A stretch of DNA of 64,000 bases. Source: Candidatus Zipacnadia bacterium. GTDB lineage: Bacteria > Armatimonadota > Zipacnadia > Zipacnadales > UBA5352. The first letter of the stretch is position 1. Every line of letters begins with the position of its first letter. The notes under the pieces are model-generated. The model was not told the origin of the DNA and did not search any database. It saw only the letters and a program-made list of their open reading frames with translations. Of this stretch, positions 55,846 through 64,000 are shown one piece after another. Position numbers and translations under genes: made by a program. The stretch lies in the NCBI GenBank assembly GCA_029821635.1, contig JALGSW010000003.1, positions 7,650 to 71,649 of the forward strand. Reading direction: 5' to 3'.

Positions 55846-57374
55846 TCCGTGCGAGCCTGGCGATGGTCGCAGTGCTGGCATTGCTGCCCGGCGCATGCGA
55901 CATCCGACGCGGTGAGGTCGCTCCTGGGCCCGGCGAGACGCCGGCGGAGCTCGACGCGGCCTCCAGGGCACTGACGGCCGTCGTCGGCAGCACGCCGTTG
56001 ATCGAGGTGCACCTCCGGGCGGCCGGGGGCGGCGCAGAACGCCGAACGGTCGGTGCCGTCGTGGGCGAGCACCGGCGCATCATCGTGGACGCCTCAGTCA
56101 TCTCGCTGTTGGTCGGAGATGGGGAGAACGCGGGCACGGCGCACACGCGCACCATCGAGGCGATCTTCCATCCGGGCGCCGATGGCGAGCGGCGCGCCAC
56201 AGCGACCGTGCTGCGCGAGAGCGCCGAGCAGGGCCTCGCGCTGCTCTCCGTCGATGCAGGAGACGAGGCCGCCCTGCCGTTCAGCGACGACCTGCCCGAC
56301 GGCACCGACGTCTTCCTGCTGGCGGCTCCGCTGAACATGACCCGGCTCGTGGTCGAGGCGGGCAGCGTGAGCGAGTATGCCGCCGGCGCCGAGGGCCGGT
56401 CGATTGCGCACACCGCCGGGCAGGACGACAGCTCGACCGGGCCACTCGTGGATGCCGAGGGCGAGCTCGTTGGACTGCAGGTCGATCGCGGCGACGGGAC
56501 GCGCTGGACGCTCCCGGCCGTCGAGATCGCGCGATGGCTGCAGCGGCCTGGCGATGATGAGGCCCCACCGGCAGAGCCGGGTCAGGTCGTGGAGCGGATG
56601 CTCCGGCAGATGGCCGTGGACTTCCGCACGACCGGCCCGAGCGGGGGATTCGTGGTCCCGCAGTCCGACGGGACGGACGTGCTCGTGCGGCAGACGGAGA
56701 ACGTGATCACGGTGCAGGTGAACCTGGGCACGCTGCACGCAGGCGATGCGGTTGAGGCTGTCCGCGCCGGCTACCCCGATCCGGTGGGCGCGCTGGCGCT
56801 GCGGCCCACCAATGGCGGGGAGCAGTTGACCTGGGTGGCGCGCCTGTCTGCGACTGATGCCACCGCCGGCTATCTCAGCTACATTGTCGCGATGGCCTCC
56901 GCACAGTCCGGGCGATGGAGCCAGCTCCAGTCGGGGCTCGAACCCGACTTCCCGTACGACCTTTACCCAGGCGGCGACGAGGCCGCGCAGAACACGCGCC
57001 TGCTCGAGATCATCGAGGCCACCTCGCTTGCGCATGAGTCCAGCGGCGAGGGCTGGAAACTCGAGCCCGAATCGGCCGTTCCCGTCTACGTGACCGTCTT
57101 CCGCGGCATGGCCTACGTCTACGCGTACTCCGGCGGCCTGCCGGGCGAGGGCGAGAGCGAGCAGGATCAGGTCGCCCGCGAGCTGCTCCGCCGCAACTGG
57201 GAACTGCCCCTCGGGCGACTGGCGCTGGACAAGTACCTGGACCTCGCGTGGGAGGCCCAGGTACCGATGGACTACCTCACTTCGCGGCAGATGGCGGCCC
57301 TCAACCGGGCCGGCGCCGCGGAGGTAACCGCGCTGAAGAGTAAGTACGGAGAGATTTCGTTTAACGAGCAGTAG
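55842..57374 (+). CDS. Exported protein: degenerate trypsin-like domain plus two YbjN/T3SS-chaperone-like domains
   Basis: GLALLSVD, STGPLVDAEGELVGL (trypsin-like). C-terminal ELLRRNWELPLGRLALD (YbjN-like). GTGA overlap. Confidence 0.6.
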   Translation: MIRASLAMVAVLALLPGACDIRRGEVAPGPGETPAELDAASRALTAVVGSTPLIEVHLRAAGGGAERRTVGAVVGEHRRIIVDASVISLLVGDGENAGTAHTRTIEAIFHPGADGERRATATVLRESAEQGLALLSVDAGDEAALPFSDDLPDGTDVFLLAAPLNMTRLVVEAGSVSEYAAGAEGRSIAHTAGQDDSSTGPLVDAEGELVGLQVDRGDGTRWTLPAVEIARWLQRPGDDEAPPAEPGQVVERMLRQMAVDFRTTGPSGGFVVPQSDGTDVLVRQTENVITVQVNLGTLHAGDAVEAVRAGYPDPVGALALRPTNGGEQLTWVARLSATDATAGYLSYIVAMASAQSGRWSQLQSGLEPDFPYDLYPGGDEAAQNTRLLEIIEATSLAHESSGEGWKLEPESAVPVYVTVFRGMAYVYAYSGGLPGEGESEQDQVARELLRRNWELPLGRLALDKYLDLAWEAQVPMDYLTSRQMAALNRAGAAEVTALKSKYGEISFNEQ

Positions 57375-57396
57375 GCTGTGAGTGGAGGGCCCTGCG

Positions 57397-59814
57397 ATGG
57401 TGCGAGCACTGATGGTTGGGTTGACGATCTGCCTGGTCGCGGGAGCGACCGCCGGTTGGGCGCAGGACGCAACGGCGGAGTTGCCCGTCCCACCCGCCGA
57501 CGGCGTCTGGCGTTTCGACTTCGGCTCAGCGGACACGCCCGTGGGCGAAGGCTTCTACGCCGTCGCTCCGGGCACCGCATGGGACGCCGACCGCGGCTTC
57601 GGATACACGGAGGGCCGCGCGCGCACCACGGCCTTCGATCAGAACCGCCGAGTCATCCGCGACGTGCTCGTGCTCGACGACGTCACCCGCGACGGGATCT
57701 ACGGAGGTACGCCCTTCCGCGTGGACCTGCCCGACGGCGCGTACCGCGTGGTCGCGCTCACCGGGCAGTACTCCCGTCCCGGTGCGAACCGTCCGGATTC
57801 GCACTTCCGCGAGTACTCCATCACCGCCGGCGACCAGGTGGTCTTCGAGCAGGACGCCAGCCCGGAGAGCTTCTACGCGCCCGACGGCCGCTACTTCGCG
57901 AACTACTACCGCGACTGGCATCCGGACGTGAACCTCTACGAGGCCAACATCGACCGCTGGATCCCCTGGGCGGAGACGACGGTGCAGGTGGCGGGCGGCT
58001 CGCTGGAAGTGACGGCATCGCAGTACGCGCCGATCAACGCGCTGCTGATCTTCCCCGAGGGCAGCGCGGCGGGCGAGGCAGCCGTGGAGAGCTTGAGCAA
58101 CCAGCAGCAGGCGTTCTTCAATGCGCAGTATCCGTGGCGGCAGCGGCAGCCCGAGCGCGAGACGCCCGAGCCTCCTACGGCGATGGCGGACGCGGGTGCG
58201 GCGATCTGGGTGCGGCAGGGCGCCGACGACCTCCGACCCGCCACGCGGCCCATCCCGCAGGACTTCGGCCGGCCGATGCGACTGTTCGCCAGCCCCGGTG
58301 AGCGCGAGGCGGGAGTCGTGGCTGTGCTGCCCCTGCGCGACCTCGCAGGGCCGGTGGACCTCATCGCGAGCGACCTCGCGGGAGACGCGGGCACGATCCC
58401 GGCCGAGGCGCTGGACATCCGCTACGTCCGCTATGGCGAGTACCCGGTCACCGACGGCTACGAGGTGCGGCCGCATTACCTCGTGCCTTGGCGCCCCGAT
58501 CGCATGGAGGAGGGCCTCACGCGTGGCTTCCGCGTGGACCTGTTCACCCCCGAGGACGCCCAGCCAGGCAACTACGAGGGTACGCTGACCCTCAGCGCAG
58601 CCGACGCCGACATCGCGCTGCCGCTGCAGGTGCGCGTGCTGCCGCTGGAGTTGCCGATGTCGCGCCTCTACGCGGGTGTCTACGCCGGGGACCTGGCGAG
58701 CACGACTTTCCGGCACTACCGCATGTTCGCCGAGGCGCCGCGCGAGCTGATCCACGAGGCGCTGAGCAGCCGCATGCACTTCCTCGCCGACCAGGGCTTC
58801 ACCGGGCTCTTCGACAGCCTCGGCTGGTATCCGTTGGAGTTCGGCGCCGACGGGCAGATCACGACCACCGACACGTGGGATTACTACATGGACGTCTTCC
58901 GGCTCGCGGACTCGATCCCCGAGTTCTCCGAGACGATCTCCCCCTACTACCTCGGCGGGCCGCAGATGTTCCCGAAGGTCCCCGGCTTCCTCGGGCGCGC
59001 GCAGGCCGTGAAGCTGCCGATCGATGAGATCGTCTTCACTGACGAGGCGATCGACGGCATGACACGGATGCTCACCTTCCTCTACGATCAAGTGCGCTCA
59101 GAGGATCTGCCAGAGTTGGTCTTCTACGTGCAGGACGAGCTGGGCAACGATGGCGCCAAGGGCGCCCGCTACGGTCGCGAGCTGCTCAAAGCGCTGAACG
59201 TGTGCCGCGAGCGTGTTCCGGGCGGCTTCCGCACCTGCATCTCGGCGCTGCGCTCCTCCATCGCCCGCGAGTACCTCGACGAGGCCGACATCGTCATGCC
59301 CAACGCGGCCTTCCCCGTGACCGGCGCCACGATCGACGAGCTGCGCGACCACGGCTGCACGCTGGGCCTCTACAACATGGGCGCGACGCGCTTCAGCTAT
59401 GGCTTCTACCCGTGGCGCGTGGGCGCGATCAACCGCGCGCAGTGGTCCTTCAGCTACGATGGCGACTCGCGCGATCCGTTCGAGGCGCTGCCCTCCGGCG
59501 CGCGCGTCTCGTGCGACTGCCACTTCACGCCCGACTGGGAGGTCCTGCCCTCGATCGGGATGCTCAACCAGCGCGAGGGCGTGGATGACTACCGCTACGT
59601 GCAGCTCCTCGAGGAGTTGCTCGCGCGGGCGGAGGGCACTCCCGCGGCGGGCGGCGAGGCCGCGCGGAGCGCTCGCGAGGTGCTCGACGAGCTGAGCGCC
59701 GCGATCTCCCGCGACTACCTCGACCCGGCGAACAACTGGGACCGCTCGACGATGGACTACTGGCGCTGGCGCGTGGCGCGAGCCGCCATCGACCTGCAGG
59801 CGGAACTCGGGTAG
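57397..59814 (+). CDS. Secreted glycoside hydrolase-like protein (galactose-binding-like N-domain, DUF4091/GH123-like C-terminus)
   Basis: Signal peptide, WRFDFG, PGEREAG, YVQDELG, QREGVDDYRYVQLLE. Confidence 0.65.
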   Translation: MVRALMVGLTICLVAGATAGWAQDATAELPVPPADGVWRFDFGSADTPVGEGFYAVAPGTAWDADRGFGYTEGRARTTAFDQNRRVIRDVLVLDDVTRDGIYGGTPFRVDLPDGAYRVVALTGQYSRPGANRPDSHFREYSITAGDQVVFEQDASPESFYAPDGRYFANYYRDWHPDVNLYEANIDRWIPWAETTVQVAGGSLEVTASQYAPINALLIFPEGSAAGEAAVESLSNQQQAFFNAQYPWRQRQPERETPEPPTAMADAGAAIWVRQGADDLRPATRPIPQDFGRPMRLFASPGEREAGVVAVLPLRDLAGPVDLIASDLAGDAGTIPAEALDIRYVRYGEYPVTDGYEVRPHYLVPWRPDRMEEGLTRGFRVDLFTPEDAQPGNYEGTLTLSAADADIALPLQVRVLPLELPMSRLYAGVYAGDLASTTFRHYRMFAEAPRELIHEALSSRMHFLADQGFTGLFDSLGWYPLEFGADGQITTTDTWDYYMDVFRLADSIPEFSETISPYYLGGPQMFPKVPGFLGRAQAVKLPIDEIVFTDEAIDGMTRMLTFLYDQVRSEDLPELVFYVQDELGNDGAKGARYGRELLKALNVCRERVPGGFRTCISALRSSIAREYLDEADIVMPNAAFPVTGATIDELRDHGCTLGLYNMGATRFSYGFYPWRVGAINRAQWSFSYDGDSRDPFEALPSGARVSCDCHFTPDWEVLPSIGMLNQREGVDDYRYVQLLEELLARAEGTPAAGGEAARSAREVLDELSAAISRDYLDPANNWDRSTMDYWRWRVARAAIDLQAELG

Positions 59815-59939
59815 ACGGGGCCCGTAGCGTGCGGCTCGACCTGCGCATTGAGCCGCAACAATCGCGGCAGGATCATGCCAATGCATTGACGAAGGTAGAT
59901 ATGCCCGCGCACAACCATCAGTCGTTGGAGGTGGCTGCG

Positions 59940-62336
59940 ATGCGCCGATTCCGGACTGCTGCAGCTTTCACGCTCGTTCTCATGGTCCTTACCGCGCCGG
60001 CAATGGCGCAGTTCCCGCGTCTTCCTGACCTCGGCGACGTCGTAGGTGACGTCCTCAAGGGCAAGATCCCCGGGCTCAACAAGATACTCACAGAGGAGCC
60101 CGCGATCTCCACCACCTTCGATGACGCGGTCTTCGGTGTGCCGCTGCTTGATGATCTCAGTCCCTTCATCACTGCGCCGATGTGCCAGCTCCCCGACACC
60201 GGCGACGGCGCCTTCATCGTCGCGGTTCCGGGCATGTACGAGCTGGACGCGCGCTCGTATTGCCTGCACGCGGGCACCTACGGCCCCGGCCAGGGCGAGG
60301 GCTACCTCTGGGCTCCGCTCAAGGGTGACCTCGCGGGCGTCATCCAGGACGTGCTCGACCGCTCGATGGCGCACCCGGAGCTTGCGCAGGACAAGGTTCA
60401 GTCGCTGATCTGGGCGATCCAGTCGCGCGCGAAGATCAATGACATGCCCACGGAACTGCGCGACGTCGCGCAGGTGCTGCTGGATAAGAAGCAGATCCGC
60501 CGCCTGAACGGTGGCGCGCTGGGCCTGATCCCCGACGAGCTGATGGACCAGGCGTTCGTCGACATCCCCGACGAGGTGCGGATGGTGCTGGAGGCCGAGG
60601 CGAGGCTGCGCGATCGCCTGCGCCAGGAAGTCTACGACTTCGACGCGCTCGAGGAGGTCGCGGTGCTCGCCGGCGACCCGGCTCCGACCGAGGGCGGGGC
60701 GGTCATCCCCGACGGGCGCTGGTCCTTCGAGCCCGGCGGCTTCTTCGTGCGCTTCAGCCCCGATGGCTACCCGGAGACGAAGCTGCAACTCTACGCACCG
60801 GAGCCCTTCAGGGCCATCGCCGACGAGGCCGGCCGCATCACCTCGCTCATCGACCGCAGAGGGAACACGATCGAGGCCATCTACGCCGCGACCGGCCCGC
60901 TGGTCGCGCAGGGCGACCCGAACGTGGCCGCGCACGTGCTGCAGAGCATCCGGCTGATCGCCGCGGGCGGGCAGGTCGTTGACCTCAGTTGCCTTCCCGG
61001 CGACGCAGTGCTCACCGGAGTGCCCTCGGGTGGTGGCGCCTTTACCGGAGACCTCAGCGCGCTTTACGCGGCAGGCACTTCCGCGCTGAGCGACGTGCGC
61101 GAGCTTGCGCGTAACGTCGACGGCGCCTCGCCCGACTCGCCGCTGGTCGGCAACGTGCTCAACCTGCAGCAGTTCGCGAACGCTCTCGGGCGTCTCGCCG
61201 AGCGCGAGGGCGTCGCGAACGTGGACCTCAGCCGGTGGGAGGCGATGGGCCGCGAGGCGGTTGCGTCGGAGCTGATGCTGCTGCTTGAGGGCCGCGAGAG
61301 CGACACGGCCTTCCGCGACCCCGAGGAGCGCACGCGGCTCGCCGTGCTGCCGTGGGCCACAGGAACGGTCCTCGACATCGGCCAGGCCTCATGGGGCAAT
61401 CCCGGCGGCGGCTTCTTCAGGCCATCCCGCGGCAGCGGCACCCCGGCGAGCCGCGATCGGCAGCGCCTGGGCATCTCCGGCGGCTCACGCCAGATCCCGA
61501 CCTATCGACCCGACACGAGTCCGGACGAGGACGACGGCGACGGCCCGTCCGGCGGTGATGGCAAGGGCGCGATGAACCGCGCACGCAAGGCCATCGATGC
61601 GATCCAGAAGGGCAAGGACGTCGTGGACTTCGTGACAAACCCCGTTGGGACGCTTGCGGGGAAGATCGGTTTGGGCCTTCCGAACGCGCTCTTCGGCAAG
61701 ATCCTGGACTTCAACTTCGACGCGTGGGGCAAGGCCTCGAAGGCCCTCGGCGGCGACCCGCCTGTCCCGGACTACGATCAGATTGCCATGCCCGAGCCGG
61801 TCTCACTGCCGAGCTTCACGCCCGCCGCCGGGGTCTCGATGGAGCACACGATGGCGGTCGAAGCGCTCTCGCAGGCGCTGGCGGAGAATCTGGCGATCGT
61901 GCGCGCGGCGAACATCACGGAGGACCGCCTCGGCGGCGCACTGGCCGCCAACGATGACGAGTGGGTCACGCTCCAGGCGGCGCAGCTCATCGAGTACAAG
62001 CGCCAGGCCGGGCAGGGGATGATGCAGATCTCCGATGACCTTACGGCGGTGCTGCAGGCCCTGCGCAACGCGGGCGTCAACGACATCACGGTGACCCCCG
62101 CCGCGGTGATGGCCTACCAGCAGCGGCTGCAGGCCACGGGCTGGGACGCTGATGAGCTTCAGGCCGCGCAGATCCTCGGGATCGGCCCGGCGGAGTTGCA
62201 GGAGATGCTTGCTGAGCGTATCGCCGCCGACCCGAGCGAGGTCGCGGGCAGCGTGATGGAATCGCACGATGAGCTGGCCGAGGCGCTCTGGTGGTTCGGG
62301 ATGAGCCTCTCAAACCTGCCCCCGCCCTCGCCGTGA
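59940..62336 (+). CDS. Secreted protein with thioester-domain-like motifs
   Basis: GGAGGT RBS, signal peptide, SYCLHAGT and VQSLIW motifs, a YD-like segment, helical C-terminus. Confidence 0.6.
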   Translation: MRRFRTAAAFTLVLMVLTAPAMAQFPRLPDLGDVVGDVLKGKIPGLNKILTEEPAISTTFDDAVFGVPLLDDLSPFITAPMCQLPDTGDGAFIVAVPGMYELDARSYCLHAGTYGPGQGEGYLWAPLKGDLAGVIQDVLDRSMAHPELAQDKVQSLIWAIQSRAKINDMPTELRDVAQVLLDKKQIRRLNGGALGLIPDELMDQAFVDIPDEVRMVLEAEARLRDRLRQEVYDFDALEEVAVLAGDPAPTEGGAVIPDGRWSFEPGGFFVRFSPDGYPETKLQLYAPEPFRAIADEAGRITSLIDRRGNTIEAIYAATGPLVAQGDPNVAAHVLQSIRLIAAGGQVVDLSCLPGDAVLTGVPSGGGAFTGDLSALYAAGTSALSDVRELARNVDGASPDSPLVGNVLNLQQFANALGRLAEREGVANVDLSRWEAMGREAVASELMLLLEGRESDTAFRDPEERTRLAVLPWATGTVLDIGQASWGNPGGGFFRPSRGSGTPASRDRQRLGISGGSRQIPTYRPDTSPDEDDGDGPSGGDGKGAMNRARKAIDAIQKGKDVVDFVTNPVGTLAGKIGLGLPNALFGKILDFNFDAWGKASKALGGDPPVPDYDQIAMPEPVSLPSFTPAAGVSMEHTMAVEALSQALAENLAIVRAANITEDRLGGALAANDDEWVTLQAAQLIEYKRQAGQGMMQISDDLTAVLQALRNAGVNDITVTPAAVMAYQQRLQATGWDADELQAAQILGIGPAELQEMLAERIAADPSEVAGSVMESHDELAEALWWFGMSLSNLPPPSP

Positions 62337-62347
62337 GAGTAGCATTC

Positions 62348-62455
62348 GTGGGGCGGGCTTCCAGCCCGCCAGCCAGACACACAGCGGCCCCGCCCGATTG
62401 ATCGGGCGGGGCCGTGACCTTTCGGCCTCCCCGTGGCACGGGCGTCTCGCCCGTG
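62348..62455 (+). repeat. Composite REP cluster (class A REP, 14-bp hairpin, class B REP)
   Basis: GTGG-GGCGGGC-TTCCA-GCCCGCC (62348-62370), CGGCCCCGCCCGAT/ATCGGGCGGGGCCG (62385-62414), GTGG-CACGGGC-GTCTC-GCCCGTG (62433-62455). Confidence 0.7.
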
Positions 62456-62539
62456 CAGCCGTCTGCATACCATGAAGGGAACCCCACATCGCCCCGCGAA
62501 CCTCCCCGCACACGAAGCGTACCGAAGGGGGAGCCCACC

Positions 62540-64000
62540 TTGTCTCACCCGGTAGAAGACTACCTCAAGCGCCTGCGTGACATCCACGTCACCGGCGCGG
62601 CCACCGATGAGACCTCGTACTACGAGCCGCTCGCGACGCTGCTGAATGCCATCGGCGACGAGCTCGACCCCGAGGTGCGCTGCGTCATGCAGCTCGCCAA
62701 TCGTGGCGCGGGTATCCCGGACGGCGGCCTGTTCACCCGCGAGCAGATGCAGTCCGGGGCCGCGGCCGAAATCCTCCAGGGCGGCCGTCCCGCGCGCGGG
62801 GTCATCGAGGTCAAGGGCGCGGGACAGGCCATCGACGCCGTCGCGGAGGGCGCTCAGGTCGCCCGCTACTTCGAGAAGTACCGCCAGGTCCTCGTCACCA
62901 ACTACCGCGAGTTCGTCTTCCTCGGCCAGAACGTCACTGGCGAGCGCAAGGAGTTCGGCCGCTTCAGCTTCGCCGCCGGCGAAGACGAGTTCTGGGCGCT
63001 CACGCAGACTCCGCGCAAAGCCGCCGACGAGCACGGCGCGCGCTTCGTGGACTTCATCCAGCGTTTCATGACCCACGCCGCCCCGCTGTGCGATCCCGAG
63101 GACGTCGCGTGGCTGCTCGCGTCCTACGCCCGCGAGGCGATGGCGCGCGTCGATGAAGCCGATATCCCCGCGCTGCAGTCGCTCCGCAAGGCGCTGGAGG
63201 AGGCGCTCGGGCTCACCTTCGAGGGCGAGGAGGGCGATCACTTCTTCCGCTCCACGCTCGTCCAGACGCTCTTCTACGGCATCTTCTCCGCATGGGTCAT
63301 CTGGTCGCGCGAGCACGACCCCACCTCCGGCGACCGTTTCGACTGGCACGCCGCCGAGTGGACGCTGCACGTGCCCATGATCGCCGCGCTCTACCAGCAG
63401 ATCGCCCAGCCCGGCAAGCTCCGCTCGCTGCATGTCGTCGAAGTGCTCGAATGGACCGCCGACGCGCTCAACCGCGTCGACCGCGCCTCGTTCTTCGACC
63501 AGTTCGACGACGGCCAGGCCGTCCAATACTTCTACGAGCCCTTCCTGCAGGCGTTCGACCCGGAACTGCGCAAGCAGCTTGGCGTGTGGTATACGCCCAC
63601 CGAGATCGTGCGCTACATGGTCGAGCGGGTGGACCGGGTGCTGCGCGAGGAGCTTGACATCGCCGACGGGCTCGCGGACCCGAACGTCTACGTCCTCGAC
63701 CCCTGCTGCGGCACCGGCGCCTACCTCGTGGAGGTCCTGCATCGCATCGAGCGGACGCTGCGCGAGCGCGGCGCCGACGATATGCTCGCCCACGACATCA
63801 AGCAGGCGGCGAGGGAGCGCGTCTTCGGCTTCGAGATACTCCCCGCGCCCTTCGTGGTGGCGCACCTGCAGATCGGGCTGACACTGCGCAACCTCGGCGC
63901 GCCGCTGTCGCATGAGACCGAGGAGCGCGCGGGCGTCTACCTCACGAACGCATTGACCGGCTGGGAGCCGCCGGATGAGACGAAACGTGCCCTGCCCTTC
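62540..64000 (+). CDS. Type IIG / Type ISP-like restriction-modification enzyme (nuclease + N6-adenine MTase), 3' end off window
   Basis: Manual translation from TTG with GGGGGAG RBS: SHPVEDYLKRLRDIH...ETSYY, GIPDG...IEVK (PD-ExK), YFYEPFLQAFDPELRKQLGVWYTP (motif X), VLDPCCGTGAYL (motif I), PFVVAHLQI, VYLTNAL. Confidence 0.88.
   Translation, partial: MSHPVEDYLKRLRDIHVTGAATDETSYYEPLATLLNAIGDELDPEVRCVMQLANRGAGIPDGGLFTREQMQSGAAAEILQGGRPARGVIEVKGAGQAIDAVAEGAQVARYFEKYRQVLVTNYREFVFLGQNVTGERKEFGRFSFAAGEDEFWALTQTPRKAADEHGARFVDFIQRFMTHAAPLCDPEDVAWLLASYAREAMARVDEADIPALQSLRKALEEALGLTFEGEEGDHFFRSTLVQTLFYGIFSAWVIWSREHDPTSGDRFDWHAAEWTLHVPMIAALYQQIAQPGKLRSLHVVEVLEWTADALNRVDRASFFDQFDDGQAVQYFYEPFLQAFDPELRKQLGVWYTPTEIVRYMVERVDRVLREELDIADGLADPNVYVLDPCCGTGAYLVEVLHRIERTLRERGADDMLAHDIKQAARERVFGFEILPAPFVVAHLQIGLTLRNLGAPLSHETEERAGVYLTNALTGWEPPDETKRALPF

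Noticed and set aside
1-64000. CRISPR arrays, rRNA, tRNA, integrase/transposase or phage genes
   Set aside because: No regularly spaced direct repeats, RNA-gene signatures or recombinase/transposase motifs were seen on reading. A tool-based scan was not possible.

Overview
GC-rich (roughly 70% by eye), gene-dense bacterial window with about 48 credible CDSs and no rRNA, tRNA or CRISPR array. The gene content resembles Armatimonadota or similar saccharolytic lineages, but this is inference only: many Gfo/Idh/MocA, AKR, UroD-like and TIM-barrel isomerase paralogues, plus large secreted CBM9/DUF6067-type proteins. Contents: sugar and redox metabolism genes; archease; an ECF sigma/FecR anti-sigma unit; a MoxR-DUF58-transglutaminase-hydrolase-DUF4139 operon; an orphan single-TRD HsdS-like gene; a CapA-PPIase-GNAT operon; an orphan Wzc with ten consecutive Tyr; a 14-kb cluster of secreted glycan-active proteins; a secreted protein with thioester-domain-like motifs; and the 5' part of a Type IIG/ISP-like restriction-modification enzyme. 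The strongest candidate for an undescribed system is a stand-alone two-gene QatB-like (N-terminus MGTS) plus QatC/QueC-like module at 37876-40007, with no QatA or QatD beside it. Non-coding signals include several REP-like palindrome families, two clear sigma70 promoters and two candidate small-RNA or leader regions. Family names come from motif recognition, not database searches. Start codons were picked by eye using RBS and overlap evidence.
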